Below, piece by piece: positions 1 through 8,313 of a stretch of 11,523 nucleotides of DNA. The DNA is taken from contig JBBCAV010000294.1 in assembly GCA_051382305.1 (NCBI GenBank), positions 1-11,523 of the forward strand, written 5' to 3'. The stretch comes from Bdellovibrionota bacterium FG-2 (GTDB lineage: Bacteria > Bdellovibrionota > UBA1018). The first letter of the stretch is position 1. Every line of letters starts with the position of its first letter. The position numbers and the translations under genes were made by a program. The notes beneath the pieces were generated by a model. The model was given only the letters and a program-made list of their open reading frames with translations. It was not told the origin of the DNA and ran no database searches.

Positions 1-660
1 ACCGATAGCAATGGTATAAACACGAATCCCATAACCCTTGGCCATTTCTCCGGCGGTTGCAGGATCGATCTGCCCCACATTATTATCGCCATCAGTCAAA
101 AGGATAATCACCCTGCTCTTGGCTTTTGATTCCTTTAGGTGTCCCACTGCCAATGCCAGCCCATCGCCGATTGCTGTCCCATCTTTGAGTACGCCGATTT
201 GAGCATCGCGCAAGGATTTCAAAACAAGACCATAATCCAATGTAGGGGGCGCAAGCGTAAGCGGTTCACCGCTAAAGATCACAAAACCTATACGGTCATT
301 CTGTCGACCCTTGATAAAGCTTTCCATGGTATCTTTCGCAACTTCAATTCGAGATCGCTCCGCCAAATCCTCAATGTTCATGCTGGCAGAAACGTCCATC
401 ACCATCAAAATGTCAATTCCACTTACTGTTCTCTCCGTCTGCTTATAACTGTTTTGAGGACGTGCAAGAGCGGCAATCATCAATGCCAAGGCCCCATACC
501 TAAGAAACAAACTCCACAAATGTGGGGAAGATTTGGATGATATTTTGGAGATCGCGACAGGAAATACAACGGACGGCGGCCGATTTCTTCGGCTCCACCA
601 TCGATGAAGAAACGGCATTAGTCCCAAAAGCAGTAAGAAAAGCCAGTTCTGAAATCTCAC
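1..660 (-). CDS. batA: BatA-like VWA (von Willebrand factor A) domain membrane protein, 3' end truncated by the window edge
   Basis: Not in the ORF track; translated by hand from GTG at 660-658, open to position 1: MRFQNWLFLLLLGLMPFLHRWW...ALMIAALARPQ...SGIDILMVMDVSASMNIEDL..SRIEVAK..FIKGRQNDRIGFVIFSGE..GTAIGDGLALAV..SKAKSRVIILLTDGDNNVGQIDP..GIRVYTIAIG. Shows the BatA N-terminal double hydrophobic segment ending ALARPQ and a complete MIDAS (DxSxS, T, LTDG). GGAGG RBS at 671-667; GTGA overlap with the upstream stop. Confidence 0.92.
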   Translation of the reverse strand, partial: MRFQNWLFLLLLGLMPFLHRWWSRRNRPPSVVFPVAISKISSKSSPHLWSLFLRYGALALMIAALARPQNSYKQTERTVSGIDILMVMDVSASMNIEDLAERSRIEVAKDTMESFIKGRQNDRIGFVIFSGEPLTLAPPTLDYGLVLKSLRDAQIGVLKDGTAIGDGLALAVGHLKESKAKSRVIILLTDGDNNVGQIDPATAGEMAKGYGIRVYTIAIG

Positions 661-1739
661 GCCTGTCCTCCCACGGGGGGCTGAGCGATCTGGGCGATGC
701 GTCTCGTCTTCAAAACAAACTCGCGGGCCTGCGCGACTAACTTACCCGCGGCATCGGGAAGAGGGGGCCGATCCGTAAACTTCACTTCATCCAAGTTATC
801 AAAATAGAGTCGAATTTCGCGCAAAAGTTCCTCAGAAACGACCTGCTTTCGTTCGAGCGCAATCATCAACTCACCACTCGTAGATTCAAGAGCATCAAAA
901 TCAAATCGTCTTCCAAAATAGGCCTTAAGAATATCTGAAACTCTAAAATAGTGTGGCTTAAACCGCCCGATTTTCAAAAACCCCTCTCGTTCAAGTCGCT
1001 CAAGCTCGGCAAGCGCCACTTCGTCCTCCGGTTTTGGAGGTCCCTCGGACACCTTTTGCTTGGACATCCGGCCGGGCCTGCTCCAGCGCACCCCGGCATA
1101 CACCCCTAGCGCCACAAGCGCAAAGACAAGCAATCCCGCGGCAACAATGAGCTTCCATGGAAAACCGAGTGCAACGGGCGGCAAACCCTCGGCCGGCTTT
1201 TCAGGCTGTGGGTCATCAGACCTAATAGAAGATGTCACCTCAAGAGAAAACGGGTTGGTGCGGCCCACCCATTTTGATGCAGAATCACGAAGTCCCAAAG
1301 CCGGGAGCGTAAGCTTTCCGGCTTTCACAATAACGACGGAAATACTCAACGGAACCGAACTTGCCGCGGGGTTCGGGAGAATTTCAAAGCCTTCTTCGCG
1401 AAGTTTATCCACAGGTACGGAAGCCTCGACCTTAATTGCTGCGGACGAACCTTGATATCCCTGAACGTTAAGTCTCAAGACATCGCCCACCTGAGGCACT
1501 TGAGGTTTGGCCGAGGCCAAAGGCTCTCGCTCTAACTCAAAAGAAGGGGCTGACAAGAAATCCGCATCTCCCGCAGCAGACGGCGAGGGAATCCCTGAAG
1601 GCTGCGTTTCAACCGCGAAAGCAAAAGGACAAACGCCTCCACCATGCACCGTCAGTCCAAGACTGATTACAATGATCCTGCAAAGATTAGCGCCGCTTAC
1701 GGGAGCGCGCCCGAAAAAATCGAACGACCGCTTCTGCAT
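657..1739 (-). CDS. Bat-cluster single-pass membrane protein (BatD-like beta domain plus DUF4381-like C-terminus); start uncertain
   Basis: 360 aa ORF: possible signal peptide ending AFA, Pro/Ser-rich linker, beta-rich segment (GDVLRLNV..ISVVIVKAGKLTLPALGL), TM helix WKLIVAAGLLVFALVALGVYAGV, and tail PEDEVALAELERL..HYFRVSDILKAYF..DALESTSGEL..LDEVKF typical of the gene between DUF58 and batA. AAGGAAG precedes the ATG at 1739; this start overlaps the DUF58 gene by 53 nt. Confidence 0.75.
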   Translation of the reverse strand: MQKRSFDFFGRAPVSGANLCRIIVISLGLTVHGGGVCPFAFAVETQPSGIPSPSAAGDADFLSAPSFELEREPLASAKPQVPQVGDVLRLNVQGYQGSSAAIKVEASVPVDKLREEGFEILPNPAASSVPLSISVVIVKAGKLTLPALGLRDSASKWVGRTNPFSLEVTSSIRSDDPQPEKPAEGLPPVALGFPWKLIVAAGLLVFALVALGVYAGVRWSRPGRMSKQKVSEGPPKPEDEVALAELERLEREGFLKIGRFKPHYFRVSDILKAYFGRRFDFDALESTSGELMIALERKQVVSEELLREIRLYFDNLDEVKFTDRPPLPDAAGKLVAQAREFVLKTRRIAQIAQPPVGGQA

Positions 1740-2592
1740 AGTCTTCCTTTGTTAAGACGCGAAGCCACTCCACACGTCCACCTTTCAATGCTTCGCTAGT
1801 CTGAGATTCAAACTCGGTACGAGATTTTTCAAAAAACTTCTTAAAGCCATATGAAGAGGTATCGACGAATCGCTCTTGACCTGATTCTGGATCGACCAGC
1901 CACAGAGAGCCCACTGATGGAATCTCTGCTTCGCGTTCATCAGCGACTCTGACCCCAACCACATCGTGACGTCTGGCAAGACGTCTTAGCGCGATGCCAT
2001 AATCTTGCGCCATAAAATCGCTAATAAGAAACACGACTCCGCAGTGCTTCATAATCCGTTGGGTGGCATCTAGCGCCTCTCTGAGATTCGTGCCACCAGG
2101 AGCAGCCCTTCCTCCAAGGATAGGCTCAGGACTTTTATGGGCCAGCACTTCACGAATAATTCGCTGAATATGTTGTCGCCCTTTTTTAGGCGGAATAATG
2201 CGCTCTACGCGATCGGAAAAGAGCAATATGCCTACTTTGTCTCCTGTATGAACGGCAGCATAGGCCAGCATCCCTGCAATTTCAGCCGCAACCTCGGATT
2301 TAAGTTTTTTTGAAGATCCAAAACCTTTTGATGCCGAAACATCCACGACCAGAAAAACCGTGAGTTCGCGCTCTTCTTCAAACTTTTTAAGAACGGGCTC
2401 ACGCGCCCGAGCACTGACCTTCCAATCAATATGCCTGACATCATCGCCTGCCACATACTGGCGGTGCTCCGAGAACTGTACGCCATGCCCCTTGAAGTGG
2501 CTGCGGTACTGCCCCGCCATCATGTCATCAACGATTTTTCGGGTCGTAATCTCGATGCGTTTTACTTTTTGAAGCAGCTCTGGAGTCAGCAC
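1687..2592 (-). CDS. DUF58 family protein (MoxR-associated, VWA-like)
   Basis: Motifs GQYRSHFKGHGVQFSEHRQYVAGDDVRHIDWKVSAR, KKFEEERELTVFLVVDVSAS, DKVGILLFSD, VFLISDF. Start placed at GTG 2592-2590 (MLTPELLQKVKRIEITTRK, a family-like N-terminus) 4 nt after the moxR stop, instead of the ORF-track start at 2766. Confidence 0.9.
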   Translation of the reverse strand: MLTPELLQKVKRIEITTRKIVDDMMAGQYRSHFKGHGVQFSEHRQYVAGDDVRHIDWKVSARAREPVLKKFEEERELTVFLVVDVSASKGFGSSKKLKSEVAAEIAGMLAYAAVHTGDKVGILLFSDRVERIIPPKKGRQHIQRIIREVLAHKSPEPILGGRAAPGGTNLREALDATQRIMKHCGVVFLISDFMAQDYGIALRRLARRHDVVGVRVADEREAEIPSVGSLWLVDPESGQERFVDTSSYGFKKFFEKSRTEFESQTSEALKGGRVEWLRVLTKEDYAEAVVRFFRARSRKRR

Positions 2593-2596
2593 GCGC

Positions 2597-3598
2597 TCAA
2601 GGTACCTCAACCTGTTCAAGAATTCGCTTAATAATCTGCTCGCTATCGATTCCTTCAGCCTCGGCCTCAAAGGAAACCAAGACGCGATGCCGAAGGACAT
2701 CATAGGCGATAGATTTGACGTCCTCAGGAGTGACAAACCCTCGATGATGAATGAAAGCATTCGCACGCGCAGCTTTTACGAGCGCGATCGTCGCACGCGG
2801 AGAGGCACCGACTTGAATCTGTTGCTTAAGCGCAGGTAGCCCAGCTTTATCGGGAAACCGAGTCGCGAACACGATGCCTAAAATGTAATCCTTCAAGCGC
2901 TCATCCATGTAAATCTGAGAACAGATTTCGCGGGCCTCCAAGATAAGTTTGGGGTCACAAATCTTATTCGCTTTGGGCGCCGCCACTCCGGACATCCGAT
3001 TCAAGATACTCTTTTCCTCAGCAAGAGTCGGATACCCAACTTTTACCTTAAACAAGAAGCGATCGAGCTGTGCTTCTGGCAAGGGATAAGTCCCCTCTTG
3101 CTCAATCGGATTTTGAGTCGCCAGCACAATGAAAGGATTTGCCATCTCGTAAGTGGTTTCACCAATGGTCACTTGGTGCTCCCCCATGGCTTCGAGCAAA
3201 GCGCTTTGAACTTTGGCGGGGGCGCGATTGATTTCATCTGCCAGCACTAAGTTCGTAAAAATCGGGCCCTTCTTCGGAATGAAGTCGCCCGTCTTCTGAT
3301 TGAAGATCATGGTCCCCACCAGATCGGCAGGCAGAAGGTCAGGTGTGAATTGAATTCTCTGAAAATCCACGTAAATCACATCCGCAAGCGTCTTGATCGT
3401 CAGAGTTTTCGCAAGCCCTGGTAATCCTTCTAACAAAACATGGCCATCACACAATAACGCCAACAGCAAGCGTTCAAGAAGTCCTCGCTGACCAACAACA
3501 ACTTTCGAGGCCTCCGAAAGTAAAATATCAATGAACTGACTCCGTTGCTTGATTTCTTCAGTCAACGACTGAACGTCTCGATTTGAAAGATTCGTCAT
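2597..3598 (-). CDS. moxR: MoxR family AAA+ ATPase (MoxR proper subfamily)
   Basis: 333 aa: VVVGQ, Walker A GHVLLEGLPGLAKT, RIQFTPDLLPADL, Walker B LADEINRAPAKVQSALLEAM, LATQNPIEQEGTYPLPEAQLDRF, GASPRA, VLRHR, ending VEVP. Confidence 0.96.
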   Translation of the reverse strand: MTNLSNRDVQSLTEEIKQRSQFIDILLSEASKVVVGQRGLLERLLLALLCDGHVLLEGLPGLAKTLTIKTLADVIYVDFQRIQFTPDLLPADLVGTMIFNQKTGDFIPKKGPIFTNLVLADEINRAPAKVQSALLEAMGEHQVTIGETTYEMANPFIVLATQNPIEQEGTYPLPEAQLDRFLFKVKVGYPTLAEEKSILNRMSGVAAPKANKICDPKLILEAREICSQIYMDERLKDYILGIVFATRFPDKAGLPALKQQIQVGASPRATIALVKAARANAFIHHRGFVTPEDVKSIAYDVLRHRVLVSFEAEAEGIDSEQIIKRILEQVEVP

Positions 3599-3606
3599 AT
3601 CCCCAA

Positions 3607-3612
3607 AGTATA
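3607..3612 (-). promoter_or_regulatory. Candidate sigma70 -10 element (TATACT) upstream of moxR
   Basis: Minus strand reads CATAG-TATACT-TTGGGGAT-ATG; 5/6 match to TATAAT, 8 nt before the moxR ATG. The -35 position (CTCGCA at 17 nt spacing) is weak. Confidence 0.35.
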
Positions 3613-3645
3613 CTATGAATTTAAGCTTATGCGAGAGCGCGAACT

Positions 3646-3676
3646 AAAAAAAAGAGCGACGGAATCACTAATTCGC
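3646..3676 (-). terminator. Possible weak intrinsic terminator after the giant lipoprotein gene
   Basis: Minus strand GCGAATTAGTGATTCCGTCGC-TC-TTTTTTTT: only 4-bp stems (GCGA/TCGC or GAAT/ATTC) spanning the stop codon, followed by a run of 8 T. Confidence 0.25.
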
Positions 3677-6600
3677 AGTCCCTTGCAGAAGGGCTCGACG
3701 AGCTGTGCCGATAAACTCCTTAACCTCGCCGTTTTTGATCACACGACTCAAGGTTTCCAAAACCCGATAAAACTCGTTTGGATCTTTCCGAGCTAAAAGG
3801 AGAAACTGATCAAGCTGACCGACGTCCATCTTCTGGGCCACAAAAAATCTCACTTTCAAAGCCAACTCGCGCTCCACAAGAGAAAGGTCCTTCTCTTCGA
3901 TAAAGTGTAGCATCTGCTTGGCCAACGCATCGACATCAAGCTTCTTAAACTCGGGAAGCTCTTGAATTGCGTCCCAACGAGAAACGAAAAGGTCCCACGC
4001 GTCCATTGCCCCAGGCGTGTCTTCAAGCGCCTGAACCAGGGACATGAGCTGAAGTCCCCGGACCGGATCTGCCAAGGCGTCGGCCCCTAGTCGAGCGAGA
4101 TTTCCCTTGGAAATGTCATCTGGGTCTTCGTAGATCACCCGTGCGAGATTCGACACTCGCTCGGATCGAAGAAGAGTAGAGATTTTGTCAGTGTGCGCGT
4201 TCAAAAAATCCCAATACTGATCAACGATCGGTCCCAAAGACTCCAGCAAAGGATTAAGTAATGGCGAGAACGGCTGAGATCGATCCCCCATAAGGGCGAG
4301 GCCATAAAAAGCCGTCTGAGAAAACTTTTTAGAATCCTTTGAATCAAGAACGTCAAAAACTTGACTCACGAGTTTCCAAATCAATGTATGAGACACATCG
4401 CGATCTAGAACCATTTCGGCCAAGGGTAGTGCCTGAGGCGCTGTCGCGCCATCGATCAGAGCATCAAAAAGGGCCCGAACCGATGGATCGTTTCGGTCGA
4501 CATTCCTCATGGCCCGCCCGGCCTGACGGGTCACGCCCATTCGAACCATCTTCATCACGATATTAAGATTATTTTTCCACCCAATCCCCAAGGCGGCTGC
4601 CTCTCCGGGCGACTTGCGATAGGCCTTCGGCGTGCTGTAATAGATCTCAAAAAACAAATCCCGTAGAATTTTAAGGCCGCCCGCATGTTTGCGGTCCGGA
4701 TTTCTAAACGATCCAGAATCAGGCAGATTTTCCTGAAGCACCGAGATCACTTGGCGAATGTTGTAAAGGTTTGCCCGCAGAAATTCAAAATCCATCCCAA
4801 AGGCGTTCGGCATCCAATCTGGAACAATTGAACCTCCATCATCCGGATTAGTCGTCTCAGCATCTTGAACACTCTTGGGGTCACTCGGATCTGCAATCTG
4901 TTTGCATTTAGGAAGGGCCGGAAATCCCACAATTTTTTCGAACTTGTGTTGGACTTTCATGATATTCTCAAGCGCCTCGGCAAGCGTCTCCGGACGTGCC
5001 TTTCCACCAAGCGGAAACTTCTTTTGAATCTCGTCTGGCCAAATCTCGCGCGGTTCATCGCCCCAGGCTTCACCGATTTCCGCCAAAAACTGCTGCGCGT
5101 AAATACGATTGAACGGAGGGGGTGCCGGAAAGTCTGCATGGATTAGCACGAGTTCCAACCGATCAAGGGTGTTAACCAATCGGACCCGCGGAGTCTTGTC
5201 CCCCTTATAGTAGTATGTAATAAGTTTCGCGTCCGAATCTCCTGAGCGATCATAGAGAAAATCAAAAAGCTGCTCGCGATTAAAGTGTTTCCCCTGGGTC
5301 GGCTTCTGCCCGGGCTCCAAGGTAAAATAGTTCATTACATTGAGAAGCCCCTTTAGCGCGGGACGACTTGGCTCGCTTTGTTTCGGATCCGCGAGCTTGT
5401 CGATAAGATTGTCGGCCTCATAGACAGATCCCCTCAAATCGTCAATGGTCCAGGCTTTCCTTGGCTTTCCTTGTACCAAGTCCCAATTCGTGACACTCCC
5501 CCGATAATCATCCACCATCTCAAGGGCACGGGCTTGTTTCTGTAAATCTGCCTGAGCAGGAGAGGACGCAAGTGAATTACACTCCTTGTTACCTACCCAT
5601 CGCTTCATCCGCTCCACAAGGCGCGCATCGGTCCATTCCGGCGTAACCTCAGACTCTGCCTTTTTATCCCAAATCTTTTCAACAAAACTCAAGATCCCGG
5701 GAACCGCTGAATCCCGCACAACCGTCGCACCAAATTTTTCAAGTTCGCGAAAACTTGGGGGTGAATCCGAGTCCACCTTGGCATCCAAAACCGGCGCAAG
5801 CAAATTAAGCAGCGGACGCAACACCGGCCCAGTCGAATCGATCCTCCCAGTTCCTGCGCGGGTCGAACCATTCACTAAGAATGGAATCGCATCAAGAACA
5901 CGAAACAGTCGTCCATCATCCCAAGTTTTTAGCATTGAACCCGTGAGATAAGCGGCCTCATTTTGCGTGAAGTTCAACTCTTTAAACCAATCAATCGACA
6001 TCTGGAGATAACTGCGACCATCGTCCGTTTTTTCATTATCCAGGTAATTCACGGCAGCAACCAAGTCTTTATGACCCCCATCAACGTTCACGCAAGCGAG
6101 CGTATTGGTCAGTTGCGAAGCAAACTGCGGGGTAAAAGGATCCGCCATCGAAATGCGTGGATCAAGCTTCTCACACGCCGCCAAAGATCCCCACCCTTCC
6201 GCAAAAAGGGCTGGCCCATCAATAAACGGGACCAGGTCTTTGGCAGTCAAAGCGTGCCGCAGTTTAACGGTATTTTCCGGAGGTTCAATTCCCCCTAGAA
6301 TTTGTTTCTTGCCCTGCTGTCCAAATTTATGAAAAAGCGTGATCACGGCACCCAGGAGTTCTTTAAGTTCTCCTGTGCGCGCCATCTTCGAGATAAGAGC
6401 CACCGATTCTTGAAACTCCGGCCGATCAGAAACTACAAACAGGGTGTCAAAAAACTTCTCGTTCTGAGTCGCTTCGGCCGAAACTTTCCGAACCAAATCC
6501 AGAATAGGGTGAACCTCATTCGTGAAAAAGGCTTGTTTCAAGACAGTAAGCGAGGGAACTAACAAGGGATCCTTGTTACTCTCATCTAGAAATTTTCGAA

Positions 6601-8125
6601 GACTGTGAACGAACTTATAAAGATTATCTCCACTGGCTCTCACAACGGAGTCGCTAGCGACGTCAAAAATGGCTCGACCCTGAAGGGCCGCACGAGGAGC
6701 GATAAGGTAAGCCAGGCTATCTTTTAATTTCTGGCGATCTTCCAAGCGCGGTAGATTTGCAAACAGCAGCAAATTCTCCCACAACGAAACCCCATTAACT
6801 TCTCGATCATTGAGTTCAGAGAGCAATGGAAACAAAAGCTTAAGTGATGGATCCGAGGCTGCATCGAGAACCAAGTCCGTCAAAGGATGGCGCATCTTTT
6901 TTGGATTATTGGGATCTGGTCGTTGGATACCATGAACCGCTTTCAAGAGATCGGCAGCGGGCTCCATAGAGCGTTTTTTCGCAAGCTCCAGAATTGAGGG
7001 ATAGTACTGGCCCAATTCTGCTGGAAAATCACAAAACGGATTCATAACCACCATCAGAAGAAGGTTGTTGCGCTCGACAAAGGCCGAGGCTTGAGAACTA
7101 GGCTGCGCGGTCAACTCATCCATCACATACATCGTCGCATCAGGGAGCGTTCGCGTCCCTTTTAGGCAAGAAATCGGGCGATGCAAATACCGAAATAGTG
7201 AAGTGAGCCCGTCCAAAGCCGAGGCATCATTTGCCAGCGAAGCTTTTAACACCGCGGCCATTTTCGGAATTCCTTCTTTGAGGTTCCGATCGCTCGTACC
7301 TCCAATGGCTCCATCGAGTGCGACAAACAAATCGTCATTAATCAGAGACTCCAGCGCTCTTCTCCCAAGCTCAACATGCTCTGGCCGCGCCGTTTGCTGA
7401 AGGTAAGCGGTAAACTGATCGGTGAGTTGACGTAAGGTTCGCCCACGAAGCGAGTCCCCGTTAAAATGTTCCTGCAGCGCCGCCAACAGTTTATTCCCAC
7501 CAAGAGATAGCCCAAGGTCGAGGGTATCAATCACATTTTCATTGGTGAGACGAGCAGACAAAAGCTCAAGGACTTTGAGAATTTCTTTATCGGCGTGGGG
7601 CGCAACACCTACGGTCGCTTCGGATTTCGCAAAATAGCCATCTTTCAAAAGACCGATCGCACTCGCGACAAACTCGTCATTCTCCAAAAGTCGGCCGAGC
7701 TGAAGTAATGATTCATCTAAAATGTGCTGGTCATCGAGCGCATAGAAGGTCTTTTCAACCTCATAGAGAACAGCAGGATTATTGAGCACATATTTATTGG
7801 AAGTCGCAACCAACGCCTCGAGTTGCTCATCTTTGAGGTTGTTGACCAAGCGTTCGATCGGCTCGAGCGAGCCATTTGAGTTAAAACAATGCAGAAGCTC
7901 TTTAAAGGTCCCAACGTTGATTTCTGAACTAGAGAGATCAAGATCCGCGCAAGCCTGATTTACTTTCCGATAGCTTTTCGTTTCACGGACACCAAGATCG
8001 ACGTCTTGGGATTTACCCTCAAACATGCCAGGCGAGCAAGCAGCAGTAAGCGCGAGAACGGACAGCAACAACGCCGTTCTAGGTAGCTCGCTTTTCTTCT
8101 TGAATGCGCTCAACCAATTAGTCAT
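3668..8125 (-). CDS. Giant hypothetical lipoprotein (~1485 aa), mostly alpha-helical, with an internal two-fold duplication
   Basis: Uninterrupted 4.46 kb ORF; AAGGA RBS (8135-8131) 5 nt before the ATG at 8125; basic N-region (KKK), hydrophobic stretch ALLLSVLAL and lipobox-like LTAA|C (Cys codon 8038-8036). Tandem stops TAG TGA. No catalytic motif or family recognised. Confidence 0.85.
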   Translation of the reverse strand: MTNWLSAFKKKSELPRTALLLSVLALTAACSPGMFEGKSQDVDLGVRETKSYRKVNQACADLDLSSSEINVGTFKELLHCFNSNGSLEPIERLVNNLKDEQLEALVATSNKYVLNNPAVLYEVEKTFYALDDQHILDESLLQLGRLLENDEFVASAIGLLKDGYFAKSEATVGVAPHADKEILKVLELLSARLTNENVIDTLDLGLSLGGNKLLAALQEHFNGDSLRGRTLRQLTDQFTAYLQQTARPEHVELGRRALESLINDDLFVALDGAIGGTSDRNLKEGIPKMAAVLKASLANDASALDGLTSLFRYLHRPISCLKGTRTLPDATMYVMDELTAQPSSQASAFVERNNLLLMVVMNPFCDFPAELGQYYPSILELAKKRSMEPAADLLKAVHGIQRPDPNNPKKMRHPLTDLVLDAASDPSLKLLFPLLSELNDREVNGVSLWENLLLFANLPRLEDRQKLKDSLAYLIAPRAALQGRAIFDVASDSVVRASGDNLYKFVHSLRKFLDESNKDPLLVPSLTVLKQAFFTNEVHPILDLVRKVSAEATQNEKFFDTLFVVSDRPEFQESVALISKMARTGELKELLGAVITLFHKFGQQGKKQILGGIEPPENTVKLRHALTAKDLVPFIDGPALFAEGWGSLAACEKLDPRISMADPFTPQFASQLTNTLACVNVDGGHKDLVAAVNYLDNEKTDDGRSYLQMSIDWFKELNFTQNEAAYLTGSMLKTWDDGRLFRVLDAIPFLVNGSTRAGTGRIDSTGPVLRPLLNLLAPVLDAKVDSDSPPSFRELEKFGATVVRDSAVPGILSFVEKIWDKKAESEVTPEWTDARLVERMKRWVGNKECNSLASSPAQADLQKQARALEMVDDYRGSVTNWDLVQGKPRKAWTIDDLRGSVYEADNLIDKLADPKQSEPSRPALKGLLNVMNYFTLEPGQKPTQGKHFNREQLFDFLYDRSGDSDAKLITYYYKGDKTPRVRLVNTLDRLELVLIHADFPAPPPFNRIYAQQFLAEIGEAWGDEPREIWPDEIQKKFPLGGKARPETLAEALENIMKVQHKFEKIVGFPALPKCKQIADPSDPKSVQDAETTNPDDGGSIVPDWMPNAFGMDFEFLRANLYNIRQVISVLQENLPDSGSFRNPDRKHAGGLKILRDLFFEIYYSTPKAYRKSPGEAAALGIGWKNNLNIVMKMVRMGVTRQAGRAMRNVDRNDPSVRALFDALIDGATAPQALPLAEMVLDRDVSHTLIWKLVSQVFDVLDSKDSKKFSQTAFYGLALMGDRSQPFSPLLNPLLESLGPIVDQYWDFLNAHTDKISTLLRSERVSNLARVIYEDPDDISKGNLARLGADALADPVRGLQLMSLVQALEDTPGAMDAWDLFVSRWDAIQELPEFKKLDVDALAKQMLHFIEEKDLSLVERELALKVRFFVAQKMDVGQLDQFLLLARKDPNEFYRVLETLSRVIKNGEVKEFIGTARRALLQGTAN

Positions 8126-8230
8126 CAAAGTCCTTCAAGCCCTTCTGTGGAACTTCCTATCCCAATAAAAATGCCTGTTTCTATCAGGTTAAGGGAGTTC
8201 TTGATTTTACACAACACTATCTCGAGAGAG

Positions 8231-8267
8231 GTCATACCCCCATGTTGCGCGTCGTGTCAATTTTTTT
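8231..8267 (-). promoter_or_regulatory. Putative sigma70 promoter for the giant lipoprotein gene
   Basis: Minus strand: A7 tract (8267-8261, UP-like), perfect -35 TTGACA (8260-8255), 18-nt spacer, -10 TATGAC (8236-8231, 4/6 match). Confidence 0.5.
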
Positions 8268-8269
8268 CC

Positions 8270-8313
8270 TTACCGACCAGCCCTTGACGGTGTAGACTCA
8301 GGGTACTTATCAA
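8270..8313 (+). promoter_or_regulatory. Putative sigma70 promoter(s) for the small plus-strand gene
   Basis: Two alternatives: TTACCG(8270)-17 nt-TAGACT(8293), or TTGACG(8284)-18 nt-TATCAA(8308). GGAGG RBS at 8342-8346. Confidence 0.35.

Noticed and set aside
139-1755. Plus-strand ORFs 139-540, 522-740, 1060-1455 and 1507-1755
   Set aside because: Antisense shadows of well-supported minus-strand genes, with no recognisable motifs.
2593-2766. N-terminal extension of the DUF58 ORF overlapping moxR by 170 nt
   Set aside because: Family-like sequence begins at the GTG at 2592, right after the moxR stop; the extension is an alternative frame of moxR.
4339-7941. Many 60-121 aa ORFs inside the giant lipoprotein gene
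   Set aside because: Fully nested, with atypical composition and no recognisable motifs; expected by chance.
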